This document shows positions 24,001 to 37,800 of a DNA stretch of 61,165 nt, one piece after another. The notes beneath the pieces are model-generated. The model was given only the letters and a program-made list of their open reading frames with translations. It searched no databases and was not told the DNA's origin. The DNA lies in NCBI RefSeq assembly GCF_001194135.2, contig NC_068986.1, forward strand, positions 55,848,319 to 55,909,483, given 5' to 3'. Every line of letters starts with the position of its first letter. Position 1 is the stretch's first letter. The stretch is from Octopus bimaculoides. Lineage: Eukaryota. The position numbers were made by a program, and so were the translations under genes.

Positions 24001-27000
24001 TCAATTTAATCAACTCTGTGATATGACTGGTACTCTGGGGGTATGAAAGGCAAAATTAGTTCATTTTCCTCTCTTTATGTTTGTTTGATCAGTTCACATG
24101 CTCATTGCCAGTCTCTGAGACCAGAAAGGTTGGTGCAGTTAATATTACTCATGAAGAGATGTAACTCAACAAATGCGGGGAAAACATGGGGAGGGAGAGA
24201 ATTCTAGAGGGACAACCTTCTGTGGAAGAAGGGCTGAGCAAAAACTAGTGGGGCTAACACAATATAGAATATTATTTTCTACTCTAGGCACAAGGCCCAA
24301 AATTTTTGGGAGGGGGCCTGTCAATTAGATCGACCCCAGTACGCAACTGGTACTTAATTTACTGACCCCCAAAAGGATGAAAGGCAAAGTTGACCTCGGC
24401 GGAACTTGAATTCAGAACGTAAAGACAGACGAAATACCACTAAGCATTTCACCCGGCATGTTAACATTTCTGGCAGCTTGCCACCCTCACAATATAGAAT
24501 ATTGTTGAATAGTGCAGTAGAACAGTAGGAAAGAACTGTAAAATAGCAGACAACTGTAGAGTAGAATAGTAGAGTAATGCAGCAGAAAAGTAGACATGTG
24601 TAGGAGAAGAAATGAGTTGGGAGTGGTTGAGTGGAATGGCACAAAACCAACAAGACCTTTCAACATACAAGGTCCATCACCGAGGTTCAATTCTGGTTAA
24701 AGACTTCACTTACATAGTCAATATTCTTAAAGAATGGCATGAACACCACACATTCAAATTTTTTCTCTTCCTTTGAAATACAGTAGTCTTTTGTTTTGGG
24801 AAATGTAATGCTTATTTATTTGCATTGTTTTGCATTATCTTGTAGCTCTAAGATTCCAATAATGTAATTGTTTATTTTTAGAATGACATTGTCAGTGGCA
24901 GAATCTAACCAGTTTACACATAAAATAGGATATGACTGATTTAAATGCTAAATAGTTAAGTCAGAATTCTAAAGGACAAAACTATTTGCTTCAGTTACAT
25001 CACTGTCTCTTACTTCTTATTTTTTCCCCAAACAAAAGACCGCTATATTTCAAAGAAGAGAACAAATTTGAATGTGTAGTGTTCATTCCTTTCTTTTAGG
25101 AATGGCTGTGTGGTAAGTAGCTTGCTTACAAACCACATGGTTCCAGCTTCAGTCCCACTGCATGGCACCTTGGGCAAGTGTCTTCTACTATAGCCTCGGG
25201 CCGACCAAAGCCTTGTGAGTGGATTTGGTAGACGGAAACTGAAAGAAGCCTGTAGTATATATGTATATATATATATGTGTGTTTGTGTGTCTGTGTTTGT
25301 CCCCCCAACATCGATACTGGTGTGTTTACGTCCCCATAACTTAGCAGTTCAGCAAAAAGAGCCCGATAGAATAAGTACTAGGCTTACAAAGAATAAGTCC
25401 TGGGGTCGATTTGTTCGACAAAAAGGTGGTGCTCCAGCATGGCTGCAGTCAAATGACTGAAACAAGTAAAAGAGTAAAAGAGAGAGTATGTAATGGAAGA
25501 GTTTTGAATCAGAATTGAACCTGGGTAATGAGGCTTTGTATGTTGAAAGATTTATTTCATGCTCTACAGCACATTTATCAATTAATAGTTGAAAACAAAA
25601 ACAAAATATATTTAGGCCCCAAAATAATTGCTTCAAATTTGGGTTTACACCTGGTAGTATGCTGTTTAAAGCACATTCACTATCTTCAGTTACCTGATGT
25701 CATCAGCTATGAAACATTTGCATCAAGCATTCATATCAGATATTTGTGTATTGCGTTACTGATTTCAGTCACTGGATTATGTACATAAGAAGAGAAGTTG
25801 ATGAATTTGATGATGATGACGATGATGTTGGGAGTGGTTGTAGATGTCATAATGAAGATGGTGATAATGATAAATGAAAAGGAAATTTAAACTTACTTAT
25901 TATCATGTACCACTGAATATGTATGGATTCCGATCCATAAAAATCTTCGAGCAGAAAACTATTAATTAGAACAAAAACAAAATTCAAAAGAATTTGGGAA
26001 AACCATTTTTTTTCTTGTTTATCTCTCTTAAAAATATTTTTGAAATATTTTATAAAAATAGGCATAGGCATAGCTATAAGTGCAGGCATGGCTGTGTGGT
26101 TAAGAAGTTTGCTTCCCAGTTACATGGTTTCAGGTTCAGTCCTACTGTATGGTACCTTGGATAGGTATCTGCTACTTTAACTCTGACCTGATCAAAGCAT
26201 TGTGAGTGGATTTGGTGGACAGAAACTGAAAGAAGCCTGTCATATATATATATATATGTATGTATGTATACACACACACATTTATACGTGTGTGTATTAA
26301 TGTATGAGGTGTATTCAAAACGTATCCAGCTTATTTTTCCCCACCAATACTCATGTTGCATGGGAAAAATTCTTTAGGTGAGAGGTGATGCCACCCTTCC
26401 TGCACATGCATGAACATTTTCTGACTTACGACTAGAGTACAGTCATGTAGTGCTCACTCATAGGATTTTTGTTTTCATGTAAAATAACCAAATGCATCGA
26501 GCAGAGACCATAAACCCATGCCTCATTGCCAGTGATAATGTCTTCATGAAGTCTGGGTTGTGGTTTGCACAGTCCAGCATGTCTTGAGTGATTTTTATGC
26601 AGAGTTGCTTCTGCTGCTCTGCCAGCACTTTGTGGGTGAATTTTGCTGACATTTTCTGCATGCACAAATCCTCCTTAAAATGGAATGCATTGATCCTGTG
26701 CTTATTCCCACACCGTGTGCAATTTCCTAGATTGTTACACAACAGTCTTCCACAACTACTCACTGAACCTTCTTAATCGGTTCCTCATTTCAGTTTGTGG
26801 ATGGCCTACCTGAGCATGCCTCGCTCTCCACTGAGGTGCGGCCATGTTTGAAGCAGTTGTACCACTCCTTGATCTAAGTTTTGCCCATGGCTGGCTGAAT
26901 CTTCTGGATGGTTTGAGCTTGAGTATCATCAAGCTTTTGGCAAAAGCTTGATAAATATCTCTGCTCGGTGCATTCAGTAAAAATGAAAATCTCACAAGCA

Positions 27001-30000
27001 CACACCACATGTCTGTACTCTAGGCAAAACAGCTGGAAACTGACGTGGCCTACCAGCATGAAAATTTTCACACATATGCAAGAAGGGTGGTGTCACCTCT
27101 CACCCAAAGGATTTTGCCCATACATCATTAGTTTTTTTAATTTCAAGGTGTCCTTACTTCTTTTAATGGTGTTAAGATGTAATTTAAGGAAGATTTGGCT
27201 GTTCTCTTTTGCAAGTCATGCTAGAAATGGTATATGTTACTGCAGTGATCATTACTGTGGTAATAAATTGGTGTCCTCTTCTTTATATCTAAAGCATATT
27301 TTAGTTATGTCGTATTTATCATCGTTATTTAACCCTAGGTTGTTTCTATCTGAGCAGACACTAAAAGCATTCAAGTTTTAAACATTTCATTGTAATTTTT
27401 TTTAACTATAGTGCATATAGAGTTATAGCTATTTATAAGATAGTGAATTTAAGGAATAAATGGCTCGTTTTTAGCAGAATGAAGAACACTATAAAGGCAG
27501 ACCAATATCGTAGCCCTTACATCCTCACTTGATTAGCTAGAAATAATAGCCAAATTTCCTTCAAAATGCACCATATTGTCAGGAGAAAGAAAATAACATT
27601 GAATAATGTAGTTCTACATAAACCTAAAAAGATAAGATGGATATGTGTGGAATACCTTTGGTAACTAGTCTGCTTGATCAGGAATTAAGCTGAGGCTAAT
27701 GAGCAATGGTATAACTATATAGAGACTCTCTGACTGGCGTAACTATTCCTATAAATTAATGCAATGAGTTAAAACATAAGAAGAGTATATAACTTACAGC
27801 CATTGTTAGAAAATCATTCTCATCTTGGCTGTGGATTGATGCAATTCTTTTATTATATAGCTCACAAACAGTCTTACTCTTGTGCCATGTGACTTTCTTA
27901 AATTCAAATGCACTGACATAACATGATCCATTAAAATAAGGTCCCTGTAGTAAACTTCCTGTTTTACAATATGTATCCAAATTTTCTAGAACAAGATAAA
28001 GAAATGCATAAAAAGCAAAAATGTAAAACAAAACAAAAAAATTCTTAAATCATTTATAAACAAATTTCCAAATTACATGTTTCCAAATATTCAAATTATA
28101 TTTTCAAATTTTCTGAATTGAGACAGAGAAATAAATATATAAAAAGCAATGAATGAAAGGAAGAAACAAAAGCAATCCTTAAATTACACTTTTTCACCAG
28201 TTGCTATTTTTGTCATTTGGTTGCAGGCCAACTCTGACTGAGCAGACTTATGATTAAAGATATTCCAGCTGTAACTAATGCTGTTTATCATATATTTTTC
28301 AGGTTTATATTTCTACATTGTTGTGTATAATATCTTACAGTATTCAATGCCCCACTCCTTTTTAAGATGGTAAGGGTGAGTTGAAGGAGATTTGGTTTTC
28401 TAGCAAAGTTGAATGATCACACTATGTTTGTTGCTGATAATGGAGATACTATCCAGTTAGAATACTCATCCATGCATCCACCTTCCATAGTTGTTGTTGA
28501 CACTCCATCGCTTACGACGTTGAGGGTTCCAGTTGATCCGATCAACGGAACAGCCTGCTCGTGAAATTAACGTGCAAGTGGCTGAGCACTCCACAGACAC
28601 GTGTACCCTTAATGTAGTTCTCGGGGATATTCAGTGTGACACAGTGTGACAAGGCTGACCCTTTGAATTACAGGCACAACAGAAACAGGAAGTAAGAGTA
28701 AGAGAAAGTTGTGGTGGAAGAGTACAGCAGGGTTCACCACCATCCCCTGCAGGAGCCTCGTGGAGCTTTAGGTGTTTTCGCTCAATAAACACTCACAACG
28801 CCCGGACTGGGTATCGAAACCGCGATCCTATGACCGCGAGTCTGCTGCCCTAACCATTGGGCCATTGTGCCTCCACGCCTTCCATAATACAGAAATCAAA
28901 AAGAACAATGACACCAGATTCTGGACCTTACCTACTCAATTGTTTTCTGCTATGGATGGATAACTTGCTGAGAAAGCTTTGTAAAAGCTGGTGCTAACTC
29001 TATGACTAGCTGTTAGCTGTTACCCTGAAATGCTTTTACACAATAAAGCCATTATAGAATTCTCTTTTTTCTCCCTTTTTTTCATCTGTCTTTTGATGGT
29101 TTGATATGTTGAACTTACTCCTGTTTTTCTCTTACTGATTTCTCTTGGATCCCTGTTCTTTTTACTTTCTCTTCATTTTTCTTTTGTTCCTGAGATTTTT
29201 TTTTTTTAGTTATTAACAATATTTTTTGAATATCTTTTCATCATTTAGTCTGGAGGGAAGGCAATGCTTACGATTCTTTACAGAGATGGATGGGAGACAG
29301 GGAGGAAGGCATCCTCAAAATGGAAAGTTGGCCCAAATGCTTGCAACAGAGTGAACTCCTCTAAAAACACTCAAAGTGCTATCTAATGGTGTTATATTGG
29401 ATGGCACCTTACATGTACCACTCGAGTAGGCCACAGTGGGATCTGAACTCAGAAGACAAAATGCAGAAACAACTACCTCTAAGCTTCTAGTTTTGCTAAT
29501 CTGCTGCCCTGGATTCGTACTTTTGTTTTTTTAATGATACCAAAAGGATGAAAAGCATATATGACCTCAGCAGGATTTGAACTAGGAGTCCAGAGTATTG
29601 ATATTTTATTTAAACCCAATAAAATAGGACATTTTTCTTTGAACACTTGACAAAAATCTTGAATTAAGTAGATAACCAGCTGTTAGCTTATATGATTCTC
29701 TGTTCTTTGCTTATGCTATCACACTGGCCTGCCTTATAACCTTATTTCTTCTTCTTTGGTCATACTACTTTCACAAATTCTCATGACTCTCTGTCACCGT
29801 CTAATTCCATTGTTATGAATTTAAATTAGAAACTTGTGTCATAGCAAATCTTTCATTAGCTGATTATACAACCATGGAATACCATGGAATTCATAAGCCC
29901 CTATGAATACACTGCAGCTACTCTCTTGATAGAGCTTGGTGATCCTGACCATTGACCTTTTAAGATTCCTCCACTCGGTATCAATGTAAGAAGCACTGTT

Positions 30001-33000
30001 GGCTCAGTTGAGTTCCTCTGCTACTTCTTCTCAACCTACCATGCTACAGTCCCATGACTTAGCTGTATCCCTGGCAGGATAGCCGAACAGGTGCATTACC
30101 TTGCCAAAGGACAACCAATAACTATGTAGGACATGGTTGTCACTTTGTGAGGTATTTTCAAAGTACTGCATACCCTGCTAACTTATAACTTTCCTCATAA
30201 TCTCATAATGTACAATAATCAGTTTCATTAGAACTTCAGCACAATCTTGAATGATGGAATCTTTTTTTTTTTAAATTCTAGTCATCATCTTCATTTTATC
30301 GCACTATTTAATTACAACCTGTTTTATGTCTTGAGTTCATATCCTACTAAGAATTCTTTACAGGTCTTCTTAGATAGCTGGTTCTGATTTGGAGGGCTAA
30401 GACGTTTGATGTCCTTTCTGTAAGATAAACACAGCATAAACTAATGGAGGAAATGACACATGCAGTCAGAGGAAGGTTAAATAAAATAAAATGTTTCACT
30501 TACCTTTATTCACCTCTTCTTTAGGGAAACCTGAAATTGAAACAAAATCAATATTATAATCTTCAAAAGACTGTTTACTTGTCAGCTGGAGTTTATATCT
30601 CTGATATATTTGAAAGACATTCTTGCAAATATGACATGTTTTTAGCATCACATTTTATCAGTCAATATCTTTATGTAATCGTTATTGTTATTGTTTTTTC
30701 TTAGGCTTTGATCAAGCAGCCCTGTCATCAAAATGTTTCTGTTGTGACCATCCCATCTTTATAGTGTTATTTAGGACAACATTATTGAATATGCCCTTCC
30801 AAATTCAAGATGATGGGGTGCTGTCATTTACTGTTGCTGATGTCGGTGGTGGTGAAAATAATTGCTAAGCTGTTGTTATTTGGCATCAGATCAGCCTTAA
30901 TTAAGTAGATTTGTGATAAAAGATGATCTAACAGTAATCACCAAATTTTTTCTGACATGATTTGTCTAAGAGTACATTATCCATGGTATCCAATTTTTTA
31001 AACAATAGAATATATGAGGGAGACTTTTTGTTCACCCATAGAATATTATATTTCGGACTTAATAGTCAAATACATCCTGTTTTGTTTAAGACTGTATGGT
31101 ATAATTTGAGGGTGATTCAGCTGTTATTTCTAACAAGCTGAGTAACTATTTAGAGAGCTCCTTCTTTGGCTGTGACTGTCTTGCCTTTTTTAAAATGGTG
31201 ATATGTGATTTGAAGGAGATTTGGCTGTTATTTGTAGGAGGTTGAATGATAAGTTGTCTCCCTTACCATCTTCTGAATGAAAAGACTCTTAGAAATATTA
31301 AAACACAGAATAGTCATGGCTGGAACGACTTTGAACAAGACTGGCCAGTGACTAAACAACAACTCAAAGAGGATCTACATACTTGTTTGACTGACCAGTA
31401 AAAACAGCAGCCGCATTTTACTCAAATAGCGCTTTCTGTCATGGACAAAGTGTGGCCTACAGGAATCTCTGATCGGCACCAAATGAAAAATTACCTTGAA
31501 CTTTTTCAGTAGTGTGGCCCATGTGTTGATGTATCATATCTCATGAGACCCCCTTCTTCAAATAGGTTGCATATGCCTACATTAAACAATATGGTGGATG
31601 ATATACAAAAGATGAAACAGCCAAGGCTAGAATGCTTCTAAACATGAATCTGCACAATCAGGACTTGACCAAAGGCTAAGCAATAACAACAGCAGTAGCA
31701 GTAGAACCAGTGACAATAACAGCAGCAGCAGCAGCAGTAGAAGCAGCTGCAACAACAACGACAACAACAATAACAGCACAGAAATCTTCCCTAGTACATT
31801 TCAACATAGCATTGTTGTTTAGCCATAGGTCAGTTCTGAGAGAATAGACATGATTACAGGCATTCCAACTGTCAACTGCCAGATTTTTAGTGGGTATGTA
31901 AAAATCCATTATCCAGTGTGTCCTTGTCTCACATGAGATTGTAGGTCGAGATTTGAGGGAGATTTAGCATTTCTTGTAGGTCATGCAACCTTATAGTTTG
32001 TTTTACATTTCCCTTCTTTCTCTTGTGAGCTTGCTTTATGCTACCATTAAATGTGGTAGAAATAAACTAAGTTTTTGCTTCAACTTGGTTGACACTAATT
32101 CACCTCAGACCATCCATTTTTCTGTAATGCAAAACCCCATTCTAACATGTCCATATTCAAATGTAAATCTTCCAACATAAGAGGGGGTGCTGAAAAGTTC
32201 CTGGCTTTAAGGGTATTATGAAAGGCCTGGCTGAAGGCCCAAACTTCCAAATTCTTTTACAGGGCTTAGAAAAACTGAAGGACTGCTGCAATAAGCGTAT
32301 CAATCTGAGAGGGTAATATATTGAATTCATAATTAACTGATTCTCCAGTATTTTGTTTTACCCAAATCCAGGAATTTTTCAGTACCTTCTCATAGTCTAA
32401 AGACCCTTTTCATTAAACAGCAACCTAATAACTGACTCTAGTTTAATAAAGGAAAAGTTAGTTTTTTTTCCCCTAAATCTCTCCAAACTATTTTCAAAAT
32501 TAATTGTTACACACAGGCAATATATTTCACTAAAACTATGTTTACAAAAGGAGAAATGAAAACAACAAAAGCTAACTAAATGAACTGGTGGGTAGAAGGG
32601 TGAAAAGTAGGTTATGGAAACTAATAATGATTAAAATAATAATATGGAATCTGCTAATGATAAAAACAAGAAACAAAGAAGAAATTCCTTACGAGGTGTC
32701 ATTTTGCAAATCCAATCTGCTGCCTGGTCACAGCGTAGAGAAAATATGTTAGGTTGCCATTTAGAGATGACTGGACATATAGACTGGAAAGAAAATGGAA
32801 TCCGGCCAATGTCTACATTAACTGCATATTTAGAATCCAGCCATGTAATATTACCTGCATAAGAAGAAAATATAATAATAATAATAACAACAACAACAAC
32901 ATTAATAATAATAATAATAATAATAATGATAATAATAATGATGATGATAAAAAATAATAATAAAACCCACTACCATCATCATTATCATCCCGCACGCTTC

Positions 33001-34615
33001 TCAAATACAAGTAGGTGCAACCAAGAAAACATGTGGTATGTAGGACCCTCTATTGAGCCCAAACTTTGGTTATGTGTTGTGTTTCATACAGATTATCTTC
33101 TCACTCTCTCTCTCTCTTTCATACACACTCATACACACATGCATGCATGATAAACCTCTTTTAGTTTTCATCTTCCATATCTACTCACAGAGTCTTGTTC
33201 AGCTAGAGGCTATAAAGAAATATTTGCCTAAGCTGCTACACAGTGGGATTGAACCCAAAAGCATGCTGTCTGAAAGCAAACTTCTTAAGTGCACATCTAT
33301 GCCTGTGTTGTACAGTATAGTGATTTTCTTTATTTTGAACCTTATTTTTAATGTGTCACACTACATTTTTCAATGTTAAGCATTATCTCAGAGTAAATCA
33401 CATCTGAGGTAGAAAGAGACAAAATTGTTTTTAAATCATTCAAAATATTTATTATTTAGGAACTTTAGTAATTTTACCTAATTTCTGCTCCACCCATCTT
33501 CCATCTATCTTCATTATTCATTATTTTAACAGAGCTAGCAGGTGGGAGACAGAATTAATAGATCATCAGACAGGGGTATATTGGATCAGTGGAGCGTAAT
33601 GGGTCATTTGCGAAATTTTCATAATTTTCTCCCAATTACACAGCAGGAAATATGATATAGCAGCCATTATTAATTGCATCATCCCTCCTGGTGACTCCTT
33701 TTTAAATTCCTCATTCCAAATCACAGACCTCAGTTACTAGACCAACCAATTTTTGATCGTCAAATGGAACTGAAGTGCTACAAGAAGTACTGCAGATTTG
33801 GATATTTTGTATTAGAGGTGTATGTCCAGAGTATCTTCTTTCTCAATGTTACATTGGATAAAGGAAATGCCTTTGGAAATTCTGAAATTCAAAAGTGGAG
33901 CAAAATGGATCACTTAAGATATAGCTCAGAGGTGTCTATACAGAGGATAAAAGAGGAATTAATAGGGTATCTGAAAGCAACATTGCTTCATCTAATTATT
34001 GATATTTACACAGAATCAAGATTGAGGCAAAGAAGCAACAAAAGTGGAAAAAAAGCAGTAAAAGTGGAAAAGAATGAGTGTCACTTGCTCCAAAATGGCA
34101 GAAAACAGGTAGGGCAGAGTATGACAATAGTGATGGTGACCACGGTAGTGTGAATAATTTGGAAAAAGAATACACTGAGTGTTCCATCTGCAAGAGAATC
34201 TTGAGCAGATACAAAGGTAGAAAGAATGAAGTTTGGTTGTTGTGTTATCTTTGGGATGATTATGTTTGCTCTAAGTGTATTCCAAGGGGAACAGATGTTA
34301 ACTAAGAGTTCTGCAAGAACTGTACAGCTTAATCTGAACTCTATGTGTCAAATAGCAGACTTTATCATGATTGATTTAAGCTTCTGAGTGACTGCTGTTC
34401 TGTAAACACAGTTGTGTTTTTTTTTATATTTTGATGAAGATTGAATCTTTTTAACTTTTGATGTCTCTCTTATTTTCTTGAGTTTCTTTATTGTTTTCAA
34501 CACTCAGTCATAATAGATCATATTTTTATCCAAATACTGCTCTGTCTTTCACTCCATTTGTATATGACCCATTATGACCCACCAAATATAGAAATTTCAG
34601 AGTTGTTCAAAGATG

Positions 34616-34649
<34 letters not shown>

Positions 34650-34794
34650 TGTAGGTGTGGCAAGAAGCTTGCTTCCCAACCACATGGTTCCGAGTTCAGT
34701 CCCACTACATGGCACCTTGGACAAGTATCTTCTACTATGGACTCAGGCTGTGAGTGGATTTGGTAGACAAAAACTGAAAGAAGCTCATCAGATT

Positions 34795-34825
<31 letters not shown>

Positions 34826-37800
34826 CTGTGTTTCTCCCCACACCATCGTGTGACAACCGATGTTGGTGTGTTTACGTCCCTGTAGCTTAGTGGTTAAGCA
34901 AAAGAGACCGATAGAATAAGTACTAGGTTTACAACGAATTGAAGGTGATTGGTGCCAGCATGGCCACAATCAAATGACTGAAACAAATAAAATATTTATA
35001 TATGTGAAATGAGCATTAAAAATTGCCTCAGTCCATCGGAAGTACTTATCAGAATCATGATGCAATTTTTGAGATTGTAAATCCATTTTAACTGTTACAT
35101 GTTGCTTTTTATTTAACACTCTACGTAAAAGGCTGAATACTTGTACCCTGAAGTGGATGGAATGAGCATTACACAGGGTGTCAAAACTGGAACTCTAGAT
35201 AGATTACAGATACACAATGCTTCCAACAGACTTCATGTTAGTGGTCTTCCACCCAATTTTATTCATAAAAGAAGCTTCGTTTAATCCAAGGCTATGATAA
35301 AATACTTGTGCAAGATGCCACACTAAAGAATTGAACTTATGAACTCATGATTGTAAAGCAAATTTCTTAACAATTCAGTTATGCTGAATTCACATAATAC
35401 CAGTCATCTACCTGGGTGAATATAACTGAGTAAACCACACTCCCACCCCATACTATGAAGTCTTTTGTCTATGACAAAAATTATGATGTTTTAAATTGGT
35501 ATAACTTCCATATTGAAGTTTAAGATTCTCTCTCCATTTCTCACTCTCCCTCAGTCTGTCTCACAAACTCCCTCTCTCTTGGCTCCAGTATTTATTTTGC
35601 TTTGTATAGGGTCCATCGTCAGTTTTAGTGTTGCAACTGAAATATTACTCCAATTGATATGTTATTCTGTCTAAATAGGAAACCAGTCATCATTTGCTAG
35701 GTCCCAGTATGACTATTTCAGACTACAAGGTGGATGGTTTTAAGACACAGAGTTTGAACCTAAAACACAAGGAACTGAAATAGATACAAGGCATCCTGTC
35801 ACCTTCTCTAATAATTCCAACAAACCATAACTACCATCACTGCTACCCTAGATTGGTAAATTATCTATTGACACACCTGAAAACTGAAAAGCAAATCCTT
35901 AACAGGATTTGAACTCAGAACGAAGAGAAGAGCAGCAAATATTGCCAAGCATTCAAGCCGACTCCTCAACAAATTTGCCAGTTTGCTGCCTTCTGTTCAC
36001 TTTTAATGTTTTTATGCAGTAAATATTTCTGTTTCAAGAAATTATGGGTGCAGTGCAGTTGTGTGGTAAGAAGTTTGCTTCTTGACCAAATGGTTACAGG
36101 TTCAGTCCCACTGCAAGGTACCTTGGGTAAGTGTCTTATGCTAAAACCCCAGACTGACCAAAGCCTTGTGAGTGGATTTGGTAAGATGAAAACTGAAAGA
36201 AGCTTGTCATATATATATATACATATATACAGGCATAGCTGTGTAGTAAGAAGCTTGCTGTCCAACTATATGGTTCTGGGTTGTCCCAATGTGTGGCACC
36301 TTGGGCAAGTGTCTTCTATAATAGACTCAGGCTGATCAAAGCCTTGTGAGTGAATTTGGTAGACAGAAACTGAAAGAAGCCTGTTGTATATATATCTATA
36401 TATCTATGTATGTGTCTCTGTGTGTGTCCCCCCCATCACTGCTTGACAACCGGTGTTGGTGTGATTATGTCCCTGTAACTTAGCAGTTCAGTATAAGAGA
36501 CTAATAGAATATATATTAGGCTTAAAAAATAAGCCCTGGAGTCGATTTGTTTGACTAAAACCCCTCAGGGCAGTGCTCCAGCATGGCCGCAGTCAAACGA
36601 CTGAAACGAGAATAAAAAAAAAAAGAATAAAGGAATATATATATACACAGATGCATATATCTATGTGCATGTATTTTAGTGTTTGTTCATGCCCCCTACC
36701 ATCACCTGACAACCAGTGTTGGTTTGTTTATGTCCATTAAAAGAGACCAAGAGGACAAGTACCAGGCTTTAAAAAAATAATTACTGGGGTCAGTTCATTT
36801 GGTTAAACCCTTCAAGGTGGTGCTGAAGCTTGGCCACAATCCAATGACTGAAACCATCAAAAGATAAAATATAAAAGACAAAAGAAATTTTAAAATGTTG
36901 AACTCACCTGATTCAGTAAAGCGACCACCAAGCCAATAAGGGTTGTTGTTTTTTCTGAAACAAAACAAAAATCTTAAGTTTACAATCAAATTTCTGCTGT
37001 TGTTGTTCTTGTTGTGGTTGCTGTTGCTGGTATTGTTATAATTGAAGTCATTTATTTACAGATTGGAACTGCTTGAGAAGAGCTATGATCAAATGCATTC
37101 CAGCCATGATCATCCCATCTAGACCTATTCATATATTAGCCAATGAGCTTGTTGTTGAAGGCAGTAAGGTATGATTTAAGAGACTTTGGTTGTAATTAGT
37201 TGCAACTCAAGTCTTATAGAAGCTTCCTGATATGAGTAGTAACCCCTTGACAAGGTTTCATGTTTCAGGTCTAGCCATTTCATATAATTGATATTTCAAC
37301 CTGTATATGTTTTTTTTTTGTTTTTTTATTTATGTGGAGACGCAATGGCCCAGTGGTTAGGGCAGCAGACTCGCGGTCATAGGATCACGATCTCGATTCC
37401 CAAACCGGGCGTTGTGAGTGTTTATTGAGCGAAAACACCTAAAAGCTCCACGAGGCTCCGGCAGAGGATGGTGGCGAACCCTGCTGTACTCTTTCACCAC
37501 AACTTTCTCTCACTCTTTCTTCCTGTTTCTGTTGTGCTTGTAATTCAAAGAGCCAGCCTTGGCACATTGTGTCACGCTGTATATCCCTGAGAACTACGTT
37601 AAAGGTACACGTGTCTGTGGAATACTCAGCCACTTGCACGTTAATTTCACAAGCAGGCTGTTCCGTTGATCGGATCAACTGGAATCCTCGACGTCGTAAG
37701 CGATGGAGAGCCAACAATAATATGTTTTTTATATAACATGTTTTAACCCTTTAACATTTAAACTGGTTATATCTGGTTAAAATATTCTATGGGTTTTATG

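Noticed and set aside
23666-24013. 115-codon minus-strand ORF that reads like protein
   Set aside because: No CTLD motif, and exons 10 and 11 already join in phase. The plus strand ([21 protein letters not shown], with stops) loosely resembles a decayed CR1/L2 RT C-terminus, so this is probably an antisense shadow.
24714-24771. Apparent exon with a gtaagt donor ([19 protein letters not shown])
   Set aside because: It lies in one arm of the 24722-25103 inverted repeat, has a weak AAG acceptor, and is phase-incompatible with exons 10 and 11.
31676-31909. ORF starting [13 protein letters not shown], superficially like a piggyBac catalytic motif
   Set aside because: It overlaps a short non-coding repeat seen several times in the window and a CAG/CAA tract; no other transposase motifs.
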